A stretch of 64,000 nt of DNA, taken from the NCBI GenBank assembly GCA_035622635.1, contig DASPUZ010000163.1, positions 4,813 through 68,812 on the forward strand. The letters run 5' to 3'. How positions within the stretch are numbered: the stretch's first letter is position 1; each line of letters begins with the position of its first letter. The DNA is from a bacterium (lineage in GTDB: Bacteria; Sysuimicrobiota; Sysuimicrobiia; Sysuimicrobiales; Segetimicrobiaceae). Positions 49,169 to 60,702 of this stretch are shown here, piece after piece. The translations under genes were made by a program, and so were the position numbers. The notes beneath the pieces are model-generated. The model was not told the DNA's origin. It was given only the letters and a program-made list of their open reading frames with translations, and did not search any database.

Positions 49169-50422
49169 CTAGTGCGGCGCGTCCGGTCCGAGCAGCAATA
49201 CCGGATGCTCGAGCAGCCGTTTGACCTCGGCGAGGAACGCGGCGGCGCCCACGCCGTCCGTTACGCGGTGGTCCACGGACACGGTCAGCTCCATGAGCGG
49301 CCTCGCGACAATGTCTCCGTCGCGCACGACGGGCCGCTCCTGGATCTGCCCCACGGCGAGAATCCCGGCCTGAGGAGCGTTGATGATCGCCGAGAACGTC
49401 GTCACGTCGTACATTCCCAGATTGCTGACGGAGAACGTCGCGCCGGTGAAGTCGTCCTGGCGGAGCCGCAACTGGCGGGCCCCCTCGACGAGACGACGGG
49501 CTTCCTTGCTCAGCGCGAGCAGCGGCAGACGGTCGGCGTCGCGCAGCACCGGGACGACCAACCCGTCGGGCACCGCCACCATCACGCCAAGGTGAATGCG
49601 CCGGAACCGCCTGACCGTCCCCGGCGACACCAGGGTGGCGTTTAGCTCGGGACACGCGCGCAGCGCGAGCGCACTGGCTTTGAGAATCAGATCGTTGATC
49701 GAGAGCGTTCCAGCGGCGTCCCCGTACGCTTCCTTGAGCTGAACCCGCAGGTCGAGCGCGCGGCGCATCTCCACGTCACCGGTGACGTAGAAATGCGGGA
49801 TCGTCTGCTTGCTCTGGGCGACGCCGCGTGCGATCGCCTGCCGCATCCGGGACTGCGCAACGTCCTCGTAGTCGGCGCCGGCCGGCGCCACGGCCGCCTG
49901 GCCGGGCGCGGCGGGCGCGCCCGCCGCCACGGCTTCGATATCGCGCTCGACGATGCGGCCGCCTGGCCCCGTCCCGGTGACGCGCGTCAGGTCGATACCG
50001 CGCTCCGCGGCGAGGCGCCGGGCGAGCGGTGAGACCTTGAGGCGCGGTGCGGGACCTTCCTCCGCGACTCCCGCGGGGAGTTGGGCCTCCTCGGCCGGCT
50101 GCGCGGGGCGTGGCTGGACCGCGGGCGACACACCGACCCTGGCCGGGATACCCTCGGCCGGGCCCGTCCGGGGTGCCGCGGCGGCGCTCCCGCCGTTGAT
50201 CTGCGCGATCACCGTGCCGACCGGGGCGAACTGGCCCTCCTGCACGAGGATCTCCGACAGCATGCCCGCCGACTCCGCCTCGATCTCCACGTTGACTTTG
50301 TCGGTCTCGATTTCCGCCAGCACGTCGCCCCGCCCGACGCGGTCACCCACGCGCTTGCGCCAGGACAGCACCTTGCCCTCTGTCATGGCATCACTCATCT
50401 TTGGCATAATGACTTCGGCCAT
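49169..50422 (-). CDS. Dihydrolipoamide acyltransferase (E2) of a 2-oxoacid dehydrogenase complex
   Basis: Lipoyl motif EIETDKV, E3-binding segment SPLARRLAAERGIDL, and catalytic DHRVTDG. Confidence 0.88.
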   Translation of the reverse strand: MAEVIMPKMSDAMTEGKVLSWRKRVGDRVGRGDVLAEIETDKVNVEIEAESAGMLSEILVQEGQFAPVGTVIAQINGGSAAAAPRTGPAEGIPARVGVSPAVQPRPAQPAEEAQLPAGVAEEGPAPRLKVSPLARRLAAERGIDLTRVTGTGPGGRIVERDIEAVAAGAPAAPGQAAVAPAGADYEDVAQSRMRQAIARGVAQSKQTIPHFYVTGDVEMRRALDLRVQLKEAYGDAAGTLSINDLILKASALALRACPELNATLVSPGTVRRFRRIHLGVMVAVPDGLVVPVLRDADRLPLLALSKEARRLVEGARQLRLRQDDFTGATFSVSNLGMYDVTTFSAIINAPQAGILAVGQIQERPVVRDGDIVARPLMELTVSVDHRVTDGVGAAAFLAEVKRLLEHPVLLLGPDAPH

Positions 50423-50439
50423 CGTTCCCCCCTCCGGCG

Positions 50440-51420
50440 CTACGCGATGGTGCGCCGGATCGCCGCAGTAATCTTCGCCTCGTTGGGTTGCGCCAGGAGC
50501 TCCAGGCTCCGGGCGTACGGCATCGGAACATCCTCACCCGAGACGCGCGCCGCGGGCGCATCGAGATCGTCGAAGCAGCGTTCGTAGATCCCGGTCACGA
50601 CCTCGGCCGCGATGCCGTACATTCCACCCTGTTCCTCGACAACCACCGCGCGGTGCGTGCGCCGCACGCTCGCGGCAACGCTGTCCATATCCAGGGGGCG
50701 CAGCGTGCGCAGGTCGATCACCTCGCACTCCACCCCCTCCGCGGCCAGATGCGCGGCCGTGGCGAGGGTCACGTGCAACATCCGTCCGTGGGTCACGAGG
50801 GTCACGTCGCGCCCCTCGCGCGCCACCGCCGCGCGGCCAAACGGCACGACGTAGTCCCCGTCCGGCACCTCGCCGCGAATCCCGTACAGCGAAGCGTTCT
50901 CCAGAAAACACACCGGATCGCTGCCGCGGATCGCCGTCCGCAACAGCCCTCGCGCGTCCGCCGGTGTGGCAGGGGCGGCCACGATCAGCCCCGGGAAATA
51001 CCCGTACAGCGACTCCAACGCCTGCGAGTGCTGGGCCGAGAGCTGCACGCCGGATCCGTTCGGACCGCGAATCACCATCGGCGCCCCGATCTGTCCGCCC
51101 GAGAAGTACCGGACCTTCGCGGCGTTTTGGATGATCTGGTCCGCGGCGACGAGCGAGAAGTTCCAGGTCATGACCTCGATCACGGGGCGCAGGCCCAGCA
51201 TCGCCATCCCGATCCCGCAGCCGACGAACCCGATCTCCGAGATCGGCGTGTCGATGACGCGCTTCGGCCCATACCGCGCAAGGAGGCCCTCGGTGACCAG
51301 GAACGTGCCTCCGTACACGCCGATGTCCTCGCCGAGGAGGAGCACACGGGGATCCCGGTCCATCTCCTCGATGAGGGTGCCCTTCAAGGCATCGCGATAC
51401 GTCAGTTCGGACACCAACAT
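50440..51420 (-). CDS. 2-oxoacid (pyruvate/acetoin-type) dehydrogenase E1 beta subunit
   Basis: Reads LTYRDAL...EM..DP.V.LLGEDIG.YGG.F.VT.GL, DTPISE, and a transketolase C-terminal-like end. Confidence 0.9.
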   Translation of the reverse strand: MLVSELTYRDALKGTLIEEMDRDPRVLLLGEDIGVYGGTFLVTEGLLARYGPKRVIDTPISEIGFVGCGIGMAMLGLRPVIEVMTWNFSLVAADQIIQNAAKVRYFSGGQIGAPMVIRGPNGSGVQLSAQHSQALESLYGYFPGLIVAAPATPADARGLLRTAIRGSDPVCFLENASLYGIRGEVPDGDYVVPFGRAAVAREGRDVTLVTHGRMLHVTLATAAHLAAEGVECEVIDLRTLRPLDMDSVAASVRRTHRAVVVEEQGGMYGIAAEVVTGIYERCFDDLDAPAARVSGEDVPMPYARSLELLAQPNEAKITAAIRRTIA

Positions 51421-51448
51421 CCCTCCACATGCGCCACGCCGCGTCCGC

Positions 51449-52465
51449 TCACCGGGGCGCCCCGCCGTCCCCGTAGACGTCCGTGAAGAGCTCATCCGGC
51501 GCCGGGTCGGGGCTCGCTTCCGCAAAGGTCACCGCCTCCTGGACCTTGCGGTCGGCCTCCGACGCGATCGCAGCCACCGCGGCCTCGTCCAGGGCGCCGG
51601 CGTCCCTCAAGCGCCGCTCGATCTGCACGATCGGATCGCGTACCTTCCACTCCTCGATCTCCGACTTCGGACGGTAGGGTTGGAGCAGGTCGGCCGCACC
51701 ATGCGCCGCATACCGGTACGTCAGCGTCTCCACTGCCCACGGGCGGCCGTTCCGGCGGACGTCGTCGACCACCCGGCGGACGACGTCGTAGACCACCTCG
51801 GGATCCATGCCGTCGCACCGCTCGTTCCGGATGTCGTACGCGCCGAAGCGGGATGCGAGCATGGTCACCGCCGACGATCGCGGCACCGAGGTGCCCATGC
51901 CGTACTGGTTGTTCTCGATGATGAACACGACGGGGCAGAGACCGTCGTGTCCCCACAGACCCGCAAGGTTCGCCGCTTCGTGGAATGCTCCGGTGTTCAT
52001 GGCACCATCGCCGAGGAAGCACATACACACGCGGTCCCCGCCGGTCTCGTAGCGCAGGGCGTACGCTGCACCCACCGCGAGCGGGAGGTGGCCGCCGACG
52101 ATCCCGTAGCCGCCGTAGAACCCGTGCGGCACGTCGAACAGGTGCATCGAACCTCCCTTGCCCTTGCACAACCCGGTCGCCTTGCCGTAGAGTTCAGCCA
52201 TTACCGCACCGGCATCCGCTCCGCGAAGGAGGACGTAGGCGTGATCGCGGTACGAGCCAAACAGAATGTCGTCGTCCCGCAGCGCGGCCAAGGCGCCGAC
52301 CGCCACCGCCTCTTGCCCCACGTACAGGTGCAGGTAGCCGCCCACCTTGCCGCGCCGGAAGCTTCGCTCGGCCTGCTCCTCGAAGCGGCGGAGGAACACC
52401 ATCGAACGGTACCACTCCTGCAGGCGCTCCGTCTCTACCCTGCGGTGCTCGACCTTCTTCGCCAT
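51449..52465 (-). CDS. 2-oxoacid dehydrogenase E1 alpha subunit (ThDP-binding)
   Basis: Reads RRFEE......G...G..HLY.GQEAV, GKGGSMH, and the ThDP motif GDGA.N.G.F.E..N.A.......V.F..ENN.Y. Confidence 0.88.
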   Translation of the reverse strand: MAKKVEHRRVETERLQEWYRSMVFLRRFEEQAERSFRRGKVGGYLHLYVGQEAVAVGALAALRDDDILFGSYRDHAYVLLRGADAGAVMAELYGKATGLCKGKGGSMHLFDVPHGFYGGYGIVGGHLPLAVGAAYALRYETGGDRVCMCFLGDGAMNTGAFHEAANLAGLWGHDGLCPVVFIIENNQYGMGTSVPRSSAVTMLASRFGAYDIRNERCDGMDPEVVYDVVRRVVDDVRRNGRPWAVETLTYRYAAHGAADLLQPYRPKSEIEEWKVRDPIVQIERRLRDAGALDEAAVAAIASEADRKVQEAVTFAEASPDPAPDELFTDVYGDGGAPR

Positions 52466-52806
52466 CTCTCGACCGTCACCACCATCGGCATTGGACAGTC
52501 CCGGCTCAATTGCCACACAGGTATTCCCCCGGCAACCGCCGACCCCCTCTCGGCCGCGCATCCGTCCCCGTCGCCGGCTGCTCGGCACCGACAGGACCGC
52601 GTCAGGGTCGGGCAGAAGCACAGGTCGCGGACATCGGCGCGAACCATCCCACGTTCTCTACCATACCGGACCGGACACGGCGCGGGCGCGGCTCGCATCG
52701 TTCGGGGCAAAGATGCGCCGGGCAGAGGGAGCCTGGCGCCGGAGACCGCCATCGCGCACCGGCGCGGAGCCGCGACCATGCCGGACACGGCGTCCGGAGG
52801 GACCGC

Positions 52807-54222
52807 ATGAACGACGGGGCATATCACATCGGCATGGTCGGACTCGGCACCATGGGCCGCAACCTGCTGCTCAACATGGCGGACCGGGGCTACGCCGTCG
52901 CGGGGTACGACAAGAACGCCGCCAGCGTCGGGGCGCTCCTTCAGGAGTCGGGCAGTCGCGCGATCGGGGCGACGTCCCAGCTCGCCGAGTTCGTCCAGAT
53001 GCTGCGCTCCCCGCGAGCGGTGATGATGTTGGTTCCCGCGGGGCCCGTGGTCGACTCGGTGATCGGGGACCTCCTGCCCCATCTCCGGCGGGGCGACCTC
53101 CTCATCGACGGCGGAAACTCGTTCTTCAAGGACACGGATCTCCGCGGGCAGATGCTCGTCGGGCACGGCATCCACTTCATGGGGGTCGGCGTGTCCGGCG
53201 GAGAGCACGGCGCGCGTCACGGTCCGAGCCTGATGCCGGGCGGCCCCCCGGAGGCGTACGAACGAGTCCGCCCCCTATTCGAGGCGGTCGCCGCGAGCGT
53301 CGGGGGCGATCCGTGCGTGGCATACATGGGTCCCGGCTCGGCGGGACATTACGTGAAGATGGTGCACAACGGGATCGAGTACGGCCTGATGCAGCTCATC
53401 GCCGAGGCATACGATCTCATGAAGCGCGGGCTCGGCATGGGGGAGGACGACCTGCACGAGGTGTTCGCCCGCTGGAACACGGGGGAGCTCGCAGGGTACC
53501 TGATCGAGATCACAGCGGACATCTTCCTGAAGGTCGACGACCGCACCGGGAAGCGCCTGGTGAACGTCATTCTGGACGCGGCGAAGCAAAAGGGCACCGG
53601 CATGTGGACGTCGCAGAACGCGATGGATCTGCACGTTCCGCTCCCCACGACCGACATGGCCGTCGCCATGCGCGACCTCAGCAGCCTGGAGGCGGAGCGG
53701 ACCGCCATGAGCCGGCGGCTCGCTGGTCCGGTCCCGACGGTCCACGACGATCGCGGCTCGTTCACGACGACGCTCGGAAGCGCCCTCTACGCTTCGATGC
53801 TGCTCGCCTACGCGCAGGGCATGGCGCTGCTCAGTCGAGCGTCCATCGCTTACGGGTACGGCGTGAGCCTGGAAGCGGTCGCCCGGATCTGGCGCGGCGG
53901 CTGCATCATTCGCTCCGCGTCGCTCGAGAAAATCCGCGCCGCGTATCTCGCGCGCCCCGACCTGGCGACCCTGCTGTTGGACCCCTCGCTCGGCAGCGAG
54001 GTGGCCGACCGATCCGGCGCCCTGCGCGCCATCGTCTCCACGGGCGCCGCGTGCGGCATCCCTGTGCCAGCGTTCGCCGCGTCGCTCGCCTACTTCGACG
54101 GGTACCGCAGCGCGTGGCTGCCGGCCAATCTCATCCAGGCGCAGCGCGACTACTTCGGCGCCCACACCTACGAGCGCATCGACGAGAAGGGCGTCTTCCA
54201 CACGGAGTGGAGCCGTGAGTGA
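52807..54222 (+). CDS. gnd: 6-phosphogluconate dehydrogenase (decarboxylating)
   Basis: Reads [55 protein letters not shown], and [12 protein letters not shown]. Confidence 0.9.
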   Translation: MNDGAYHIGMVGLGTMGRNLLLNMADRGYAVAGYDKNAASVGALLQESGSRAIGATSQLAEFVQMLRSPRAVMMLVPAGPVVDSVIGDLLPHLRRGDLLIDGGNSFFKDTDLRGQMLVGHGIHFMGVGVSGGEHGARHGPSLMPGGPPEAYERVRPLFEAVAASVGGDPCVAYMGPGSAGHYVKMVHNGIEYGLMQLIAEAYDLMKRGLGMGEDDLHEVFARWNTGELAGYLIEITADIFLKVDDRTGKRLVNVILDAAKQKGTGMWTSQNAMDLHVPLPTTDMAVAMRDLSSLEAERTAMSRRLAGPVPTVHDDRGSFTTTLGSALYASMLLAYAQGMALLSRASIAYGYGVSLEAVARIWRGGCIIRSASLEKIRAAYLARPDLATLLLDPSLGSEVADRSGALRAIVSTGAACGIPVPAFAASLAYFDGYRSAWLPANLIQAQRDYFGAHTYERIDEKGVFHTEWSRE

Positions 54223-55756
54223 TCACCGCCGGTTCCCGGCCGGCACCCGCCCCGGCCCCACCGCGGTTGTGATCTTCGGGGCGGGCGGCGATCTGGCGTG
54301 GCGCAAGCTCGTGCCGGCGCTGTACAACCTGTTCCTGGACGAGTGGCTGCCGCCCGAGTCCGCCGTGATCGGCATCGACCGAAAGCCCCTCACGGACGAC
54401 GTATTTCGCCAGCACCTCCGGGACGGCGTGGACCAGTTCTCTCGGCGGGGACGCGCCGACGAGGCCTCATGGCGCGACTTCGCCGCGCGGGTCTCGTTCC
54501 TGCCGATGGACTTCGTCAACCCGGGCGGCGACGCAATCCGCGGCCACCTCGAGCCGATCGAGAAGGCGTGGAGTGCCCCCGCAAACCGCATCTTCTATCT
54601 CGCGACGCCCCCCACCGCGGTGCCGACGATCGTGGACCGGCTCGGCGAGGCCGGGGTGGCCCGCGGGGACCCCGGCGTTCGGATCGTCGTCGAGAAGCCC
54701 TACGGGCGTGACCTCGCGTCTGCACGCGCGCTGACACAGACGCTCTACCGCTTGTTCGAAGAACGGCAGATCTACCGGATCGATCACTACCTCGGCAAGG
54801 ACACCGTCCAGAACATCCTGGCCTTCCGCTTCGCCAATGCGTTGATCGAGCCGATCTGGAACCGACGCTACGTCGATCACGTGCAGATCACGGTCGCCGA
54901 AGAGGTCGGCATCGAGCACCGCGGTGCGTACTACGATCGGGCGGGGGCCGTGCGCGACATGGTGCAGAACCACCTGCTCCAGATCCTGTGCCTCGTCGCG
55001 ATGGAACCGCCCGTGTCGTTCGACGACGACGAGATCCGCAACAAGAAGACGGACGTGCTCCGGGCTCTCAGGCCGATCGACCCCGACCATGTCGCGGACA
55101 CGGCGGTGCGGGGCCAGTACGGGGCGGCGACGATCGCCGGGAAGTCCCTCCCCGGGTACCGCCAGGAGGCCGACGTGCCGCCGGACTCCGCCACCGAGAC
55201 ATACGCCGCGGTCAAGTTCTACGTCGACAATTGGCGCTGGCAGGGCGTCCCGTTCTACCTGCGGACCGGCAAGCGACTGCCGGCCAAGGCGTCAGAGGTC
55301 TCGGTTGTGTTCCATCCTGCCCCGCACCAGCCGTTTCCCGCATCGGCGGTCGAACACTGGCAGCCGAACCGAATGGCGATCCGCATCCAACCGGCGGAGG
55401 GCATTCTTGCCAGACTGCAAGCGAAGAGCCCGGGCCCGATCATACACCTCGACCCAGTCGACATGCTGTTCTCGTACGAGCAGGCGTTCCGCACCCCGTC
55501 GCCCGAGGCGTACGAGACGCTTCTCCTCGACGTCATGCGCGGGGACGCCACGTTGTTCATGCGCGACGATCAGGTCGACCAGGCGTGGTCCGTCGTCGCA
55601 CCGCTGTTGACGGCCTGGGACGCCCGGCTGCCGGCACGATTTCCGAACTACGCGGCTGGCTCGTGGGGACCGGAGGCCGCTGACGCACTGCTCGCGAAAG
55701 ACGGACGGCGGTGGTTGCTTCCCACGAGCCTGGAGCCACCCAGGGACGATGAGTGA
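54215..55756 (+). CDS. zwf: Glucose-6-phosphate dehydrogenase
   Basis: Motifs [35 protein letters not shown], and the later YE.LL.D...GD..LF. GTG overlaps the gnd end by 8 nt. Confidence 0.9.
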   Translation: MSDHRRFPAGTRPGPTAVVIFGAGGDLAWRKLVPALYNLFLDEWLPPESAVIGIDRKPLTDDVFRQHLRDGVDQFSRRGRADEASWRDFAARVSFLPMDFVNPGGDAIRGHLEPIEKAWSAPANRIFYLATPPTAVPTIVDRLGEAGVARGDPGVRIVVEKPYGRDLASARALTQTLYRLFEERQIYRIDHYLGKDTVQNILAFRFANALIEPIWNRRYVDHVQITVAEEVGIEHRGAYYDRAGAVRDMVQNHLLQILCLVAMEPPVSFDDDEIRNKKTDVLRALRPIDPDHVADTAVRGQYGAATIAGKSLPGYRQEADVPPDSATETYAAVKFYVDNWRWQGVPFYLRTGKRLPAKASEVSVVFHPAPHQPFPASAVEHWQPNRMAIRIQPAEGILARLQAKSPGPIIHLDPVDMLFSYEQAFRTPSPEAYETLLLDVMRGDATLFMRDDQVDQAWSVVAPLLTAWDARLPARFPNYAAGSWGPEAADALLAKDGRRWLLPTSLEPPRDDE

Positions 55757-55804
55757 TCTCGACCAGAATCCGTGATGTTCATCCGAAAGGAGGCAGTTCT
55801 TCCG

Positions 55805-56185
55805 ATGGAACGTAAAGCGCTCTTCCCGCCCGGGCGGCCGCGTCCGGCCGCGCCCTATTCCCCAGGGATCCGCCTCGACCGCCTCGTCTTCACCTCGGGC
55901 CAGGTTGGCAGCGACGCCGGAGGAAAAGTCCCGGCCGACGTCCGCGAGCAGACGCGAAACTGCATCGACAACTGCAGGATCGTGCTCGAGGCCGCCGGCT
56001 CCAGTCTCCACCATGTCGCGAAGGTCACCGTGTTTTTGACGGACATCGGCGACTTCCCAGCGATGAACGAGGTGTACCGGAGTGCGTTCTCGGGCGACCT
56101 CCCGGCGCGCAGCACCGTGCAGGTCGCCGCGCTCGCCAGGCCGGAGCTGCACGTCGAGATCGAGATGATCGGGTACGTCCCGTAG
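55805..56185 (+). CDS. ridA: RidA/YjgF-family reactive-intermediate deaminase
   Basis: Reads P.APYS.G.........SGQ, K.TVFL.D...F..MN.VY, and PARS.V.VA.L......EIE. Confidence 0.85.
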   Translation: MERKALFPPGRPRPAAPYSPGIRLDRLVFTSGQVGSDAGGKVPADVREQTRNCIDNCRIVLEAAGSSLHHVAKVTVFLTDIGDFPAMNEVYRSAFSGDLPARSTVQVAALARPELHVEIEMIGYVP

Positions 56186-56254
56186 CGCTCCGGGACGAAG
56201 CCCGCAAGGGCCCTCCTGAACTGCGCTGTCGCGCGCCCGCCCGCGGACGCGACG

Positions 56255-57388
56255 CTACAATTCCGCGAGCAGGCGCGTGAACCACGCGAGCCGCGGCGTG
56301 ATCGCGGACACGATGATGTGCTCGTCGTCCGCGTGCCCGCCGTCGCCCACGGCGCCGAGCCCGTCGAACGTCGGCACCCCGACGGCGGCGGTGAAGTTTC
56401 CGTCGCTGCCGCCTCCCGTCCCGGTGGCCGAGAGCTCGACTCCCTCGTCCGCGGCCAGACGGCGCGCGAGCTCGTAGAGTTTACGGGACGCCGCAGTCTC
56501 CTCCATCGGCGGCCGGTTGAGGCCGCCCGTGACCTCGGTAGTGACGCCTTCGACAAACGTCGGTCGTGCCTTGATTCGCTCGTCCGCGCGGCGCGCTTCG
56601 TCCATCGTCCGCACGCGCAGGTCGATCTCGGCCTCGGCGGACGCAGCGATGACGTTCGACCGCGTGCCGCCGCGCACGACGCCGACGTTTACGGTGGTCC
56701 CTTTCGCGGCGTCGTTGATCGCGTACAGGTCGATGATTTGGTGGGCCAGTTCGAGCACGGCGCTGCGACCACGCTCGGGGTCGGCCCCCGCATGACTGGC
56801 GACGCCCTGCAGCAGCAGCCGGTACATGCCCACACCCTTGCGCCACAGCTTCACGGCGCCCTCTTCGCCGACGGCCGGCTCCAGGATCAGCGCGCACTCG
56901 GACTGGCGGGCGAGCCGCTCGATGATGGGGCGCGACGTGGGACTCCCGACCTCCTCCTCGGTGTTTCCGAAGAACACGAATGTCTTGTCCGCGGCCGCCC
57001 CGCTCTCGACGATGGCCCGGAGCGCCCACACGGCCTGGATGTCACCGTACTTCATGTCGAAGCATCCGGGCCCGGTCATCCGGTCTCCGTCGATCCGGCA
57101 CGGCAGCCGCTGGAGCGTTCCCACAGGCCAGACCGTGTCGAAGTGGCCGAGGAGCAGCACCCGGCGCGGACCGCTCCCCACGCGCGCCTCGAAATGGTCG
57201 CCCCAGCGCTCCTGAGGATGCCACACGATTTCTGCGCGGGCGGCGTCCGCGAACCGGCCGGCCAGATGCTTGCCGGCGCGATCCACGGCGGCCTTGTCGG
57301 TGGTGGGCGACTCCAGCTCGACAAACGCCTTGAGATCGGCCAGGACGTCGCTAAGATGTCGGTCGGCGAATCCTCGGTAGCGGGTCAA
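56255..57388 (-). CDS. M20-family metallopeptidase (carboxypeptidase G2-like)
   Basis: Reads LLGHFDTVWP, GPGCFDMKYG, FGNTEEEVGS, and the end SDGNF....G.P..DGLG..G.G.H..DE. Confidence 0.8.
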   Translation of the reverse strand: MTRYRGFADRHLSDVLADLKAFVELESPTTDKAAVDRAGKHLAGRFADAARAEIVWHPQERWGDHFEARVGSGPRRVLLLGHFDTVWPVGTLQRLPCRIDGDRMTGPGCFDMKYGDIQAVWALRAIVESGAAADKTFVFFGNTEEEVGSPTSRPIIERLARQSECALILEPAVGEEGAVKLWRKGVGMYRLLLQGVASHAGADPERGRSAVLELAHQIIDLYAINDAAKGTTVNVGVVRGGTRSNVIAASAEAEIDLRVRTMDEARRADERIKARPTFVEGVTTEVTGGLNRPPMEETAASRKLYELARRLAADEGVELSATGTGGGSDGNFTAAVGVPTFDGLGAVGDGGHADDEHIIVSAITPRLAWFTRLLAEL

Positions 57389-58446
57389 TGCGGCACCTCC
57401 TCAGGGTACGCGGCGTCGCTGAGACCGCGCAACTCGGCGAGGTTCTCCCGCGCCATGACGCGGCGTCCCGTCTCGAGATCGTGGATCACTTCGATGAGCC
57501 GCTCGTTCAGCGGCAGCGCAAGCCCGTGCGTTCGGGCGATTTCGACGACCGGACCGAGCTGGTGGTCCACCTCGGTGGGCCGGTGCCGGACGGCGAGGTC
57601 CCGCCAGATGCCACTCTTCTGCTTGAGCGATTTGCGGTTGAACACGGTGAGGCGATCGAGGCTCTCCCGGATCCCGGCCCAGTTGCGCGGGGTGGCGAAC
57701 CGCATCGCGCCCGGCTCGTACCCGTCGAACCCCTCGCTGCGCACGCCTTCGGCTTCCGCCGTCCGGACGACCTCCGCCGCCAGGTTGGCCAGAAGCGCCG
57801 TGTTCTCGGGCGCCGCGAGAACGTTCGCCATGGTGTCGTCCACGGTCGCCGACGCGAACAACTGCGAGGCGTAGCCGAGCTTGCCCCAGAGATACCCCCA
57901 GATATTCGGCGTCAGCGTGGTGTTCCGGAGGAACGCTCCCTGCACCGCGGCGCCCAGCTGCTGAAGCCGTTCCGTCATCCGGCCGTCGAGCTCGCCGAGA
58001 TACAGCGCACCGGCCCCCCCGTACATGATGCGGCCGGGAGCCTGATAGTCCGCGCCGAAGTTGACGAACGCTCCGATGGTTCTCGCGGGGCCGATCCGGC
58101 CGGCAATGATGCGCTCGTTGAGGCCGTTCTGCATCGACACGACGTAGCTCTCGGGCCCGAGCAATGACACCACCGGCGCGAGTGCGGCGGCGGTGTGCTG
58201 GGCCTTGACGGATAGCAGCACGGCCTCGGGAACCCGACCACCGAGTGCCGTCGCGAGCTCGGCCGGCGTGACGGCGGGCGCGCGAACGCGGAATTCTTCC
58301 GCTCCCTCGATCAGGAGGCCCTCGCGCGCGATGGCTTCCACGTGCTCCGCCACGTTGTCCACGAACAACACGTCGTGTCCCGAACGCAGAAGGTACGCGC
58401 CGACCGTTCCGCCGATCGCCCCTGCTCCGATCACGGTGAAATGCAT
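57385..58446 (-). CDS. Ketopantoate reductase (PanE/ApbA) family oxidoreductase
   Basis: Reads MHFTVIGAGAIGGTVGAYL, V.MQNG, and the C-terminal helical domain with .P.NE.L...I. Substrate unknown. Confidence 0.7.
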   Translation of the reverse strand: MHFTVIGAGAIGGTVGAYLLRSGHDVLFVDNVAEHVEAIAREGLLIEGAEEFRVRAPAVTPAELATALGGRVPEAVLLSVKAQHTAAALAPVVSLLGPESYVVSMQNGLNERIIAGRIGPARTIGAFVNFGADYQAPGRIMYGGAGALYLGELDGRMTERLQQLGAAVQGAFLRNTTLTPNIWGYLWGKLGYASQLFASATVDDTMANVLAAPENTALLANLAAEVVRTAEAEGVRSEGFDGYEPGAMRFATPRNWAGIRESLDRLTVFNRKSLKQKSGIWRDLAVRHRPTEVDHQLGPVVEIARTHGLALPLNERLIEVIHDLETGRRVMARENLAELRGLSDAAYPEEVPH

Positions 58447-58458
58447 CGCTCCCCCCTC

Positions 58459-60105
58459 CTACCAGCCGATCGCGTAACCGTTCCGACGGGGATCGGCCGC
58501 ACCCGCAATCCATCCCGAGCGCGCGTCGACCAGGATGCCTTGGACGCCGCCAACCCGCATGGACCAGGCACCGAGCGGTTCGACCGTGTACCCGCGCGCC
58601 ACGATCGCGTCGCGCGTCGCGTCGGCGAACCGGGACTCCATGCGCATGCGTTCGGCCGGGAGCGGATCACCGACGTCGTCCACCCAGCGAAACCGCGGCG
58701 CGGCGATGGCGTCCTGCAAATTGAGCCCGAAGTCGATCAGATTGACCAGCACCTGCACGGTCGTGACGAGGATGCCGTACGATCCCGGCGTCCCGATCGC
58801 GCCCCACAACCGGCCGTCCCGGAACAGGTGTACCGGCGCAATCGGCCACTCGTGCCGCTTGTGGGGCTCGATCACGTTCGGATGCCCGGGCGTCATGGAG
58901 AACCAGTGGAGCGCGTTGTTGAGGCAGACCCCGGTGCCCGGCACGACGACTCCGCTGCCGAAGCCGCTGCCCAGGCTGTGCGTGATGTTGACGGCGAGCC
59001 CACTCGCGTCGGCGGCGGCGAGGTGCGTCGTCGACGCGGCGGCCGGGCCCGCCCCGTCCGCCGCGATCCGGCCGTCGGGTCGGGAGGTCCTCTCGAGCCT
59101 CTGCGGGATCCGGCCACGCAGCTCGTCGATGTGGGACGCGGACAGCACGCGGTCCACCGCGGCGGCCACGCGGTCGGGATCGCCGACGTAGCGGTCCGTA
59201 TCCACGCGCGCCAGCCGCGCAGCCTCGGCGACGAGACCGACGTGCTCGGGTCCGAGATGCGCAGTGCCGCCGAGGTCGAAGCCGTCGAGAATTCTGAGGG
59301 TCTCGAGCACCTGCACGGCGCTGGTGGGCGGCGGCGGTGCGTACACGGTCACGCCTCGATACGCGGCCTCGATCGGCGCCACCCACCGAAGCTTGCCGGG
59401 GTAATCGCGAAGGTCCGCTTCGGTGATGAGACCGCCGCGCTCGCGCATCACGCGGCCGATCTGGGCACCGAGCGGACCGCCGTACAGGTAGGCCGGGCCT
59501 TCCGCAGCAATGGCCCGGAGCGTAGCCGCAAGATCGGGTTGGCGGAAGAGTGCGCCGATCTCCGGCACATGCCCCTCGTGCAGGTATGTCGCAGCGGCTT
59601 CGGGCCCGAGCCGGCCGCACAATTCCTGAAACTCGAAGTGGTCGAACGGCGTGAACGGGATGCCGCCCTCGGCGTACTCGACCGCCGGCTCCAGGACCCG
59701 ATCGAGCGGCATCGTGCCGTAGTCGGCGAGCAGCCGGGTCCAGCCGGCGAGGTTGCCCGGCACGGCCGGGGCGAGATAGCCCTCGATGGGAGGAGTGGTC
59801 CCGAACCGGTCGGGCGTTGCGCCCGAGGGTGCACGGCCGAGGAAGACCAGCGCGCGCGGGGTGCCCCTCGGGGGCGTCACCACCAGGGTGCCGCACCCCG
59901 CAAGCCCGGACATGTACGGTTCGACGACCCCGATGGCCGCGGCGGCCGCCACCACCGCGTCCACAGCGTTTCCACCCTGAGCGAGCATCCGCACGCCTGC
60001 CAGCGTGGCGAGTGGGTTTGCGGTGGCCACCATGCCGCGCCGGCCGTACGCGATCGGTCGAAGCCCAAACCGCGTCGCATACGTTTCATGCGGCTCATGC
60101 GTCAT
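58459..60105 (-). CDS. ggt: Gamma-glutamyltransferase
   Basis: Reads GM.VATANPLAT.AG..ML..GGNAVDA, with autoprocessing/nucleophile context STTHLAAADASG, then GSGFGSG.VVPG.G..LNN and P...G.PGS. Confidence 0.88.
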   Translation of the reverse strand: MTHEPHETYATRFGLRPIAYGRRGMVATANPLATLAGVRMLAQGGNAVDAVVAAAAAIGVVEPYMSGLAGCGTLVVTPPRGTPRALVFLGRAPSGATPDRFGTTPPIEGYLAPAVPGNLAGWTRLLADYGTMPLDRVLEPAVEYAEGGIPFTPFDHFEFQELCGRLGPEAAATYLHEGHVPEIGALFRQPDLAATLRAIAAEGPAYLYGGPLGAQIGRVMRERGGLITEADLRDYPGKLRWVAPIEAAYRGVTVYAPPPPTSAVQVLETLRILDGFDLGGTAHLGPEHVGLVAEAARLARVDTDRYVGDPDRVAAAVDRVLSASHIDELRGRIPQRLERTSRPDGRIAADGAGPAAASTTHLAAADASGLAVNITHSLGSGFGSGVVVPGTGVCLNNALHWFSMTPGHPNVIEPHKRHEWPIAPVHLFRDGRLWGAIGTPGSYGILVTTVQVLVNLIDFGLNLQDAIAAPRFRWVDDVGDPLPAERMRMESRFADATRDAIVARGYTVEPLGAWSMRVGGVQGILVDARSGWIAGAADPRRNGYAIGW

Positions 60106-60289
60106 CGTGCACCCCCAACCGATGATCCTGGGAGATTGCGAGAGGGCGACTCAGCGCGCGCAGGATCGATACTCATGTGTTTGTGTCCCCCAACGGCGAA
60201 CTCCTGCCGGTTCGACACTTCGGCAACAAAGCACTGGGGACGGCCTCATCGGCCGTCCCCAGCACGCAGCGTCGTTTGTAGGGTCGAAG

Positions 60290-60496
60290 CTACCGAAGCA
60301 CGCGCACGTTTGCTGCCTGCGGACCCTTACGCCCCTCAGACTCCTCGTACTCGACCTTGTCGCCTTCGTTCAATGACTTGTAGCCGTCTGCCTGGATCGC
60401 GCTGAAGTGCACGAACAAGTCCTTGCCGCCGCCGTCGGGTGTGATGAAGCCGTATCCCTTCTCCGAGCTGAACCATTTCACTGTCCCTGCCGCCAT
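60290..60496 (-). CDS. cspA: Cold-shock protein (CspA family)
   Basis: Reads [51 protein letters not shown] (RNP1 KGYGFI, RNP2 VFVHF-like). A long AT-rich 5' leader lies upstream at 60497-60610. Confidence 0.92.
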   Translation of the reverse strand: MAAGTVKWFSSEKGYGFITPDGGGKDLFVHFSAIQADGYKSLNEGDKVEYEESEGRKGPQAANVRVLR

Positions 60497-60661
60497 ACTA
60501 TCCCACCTTCTTACCAGTGCTACCAACCGACTTTTCAGCCCGCTGATGCCGTATTAGTATGGCATATTCGATCCATAAAGTAAACAAAAAAAGCTACTGC
60601 CCATAATCGCCGACCACCCGGTCGGACAGGCGGGAAGACCGAACCGAACCGTAGTTCGGCT

Positions 60662-60693
60662 CACAAAAGCGGCACCTCGAGGGGCGTTGCCGC
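60662..60693 (-). terminator. Intrinsic terminator candidate after the PAS-sensor gene
   Basis: On the minus strand GCGGCA..13 nt..TGCCGC is followed by TTTTGTG, beginning 10 nt past the stop at 60703. Confidence 0.45.
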
Positions 60694-60702
60694 GGCATCG
60701 CT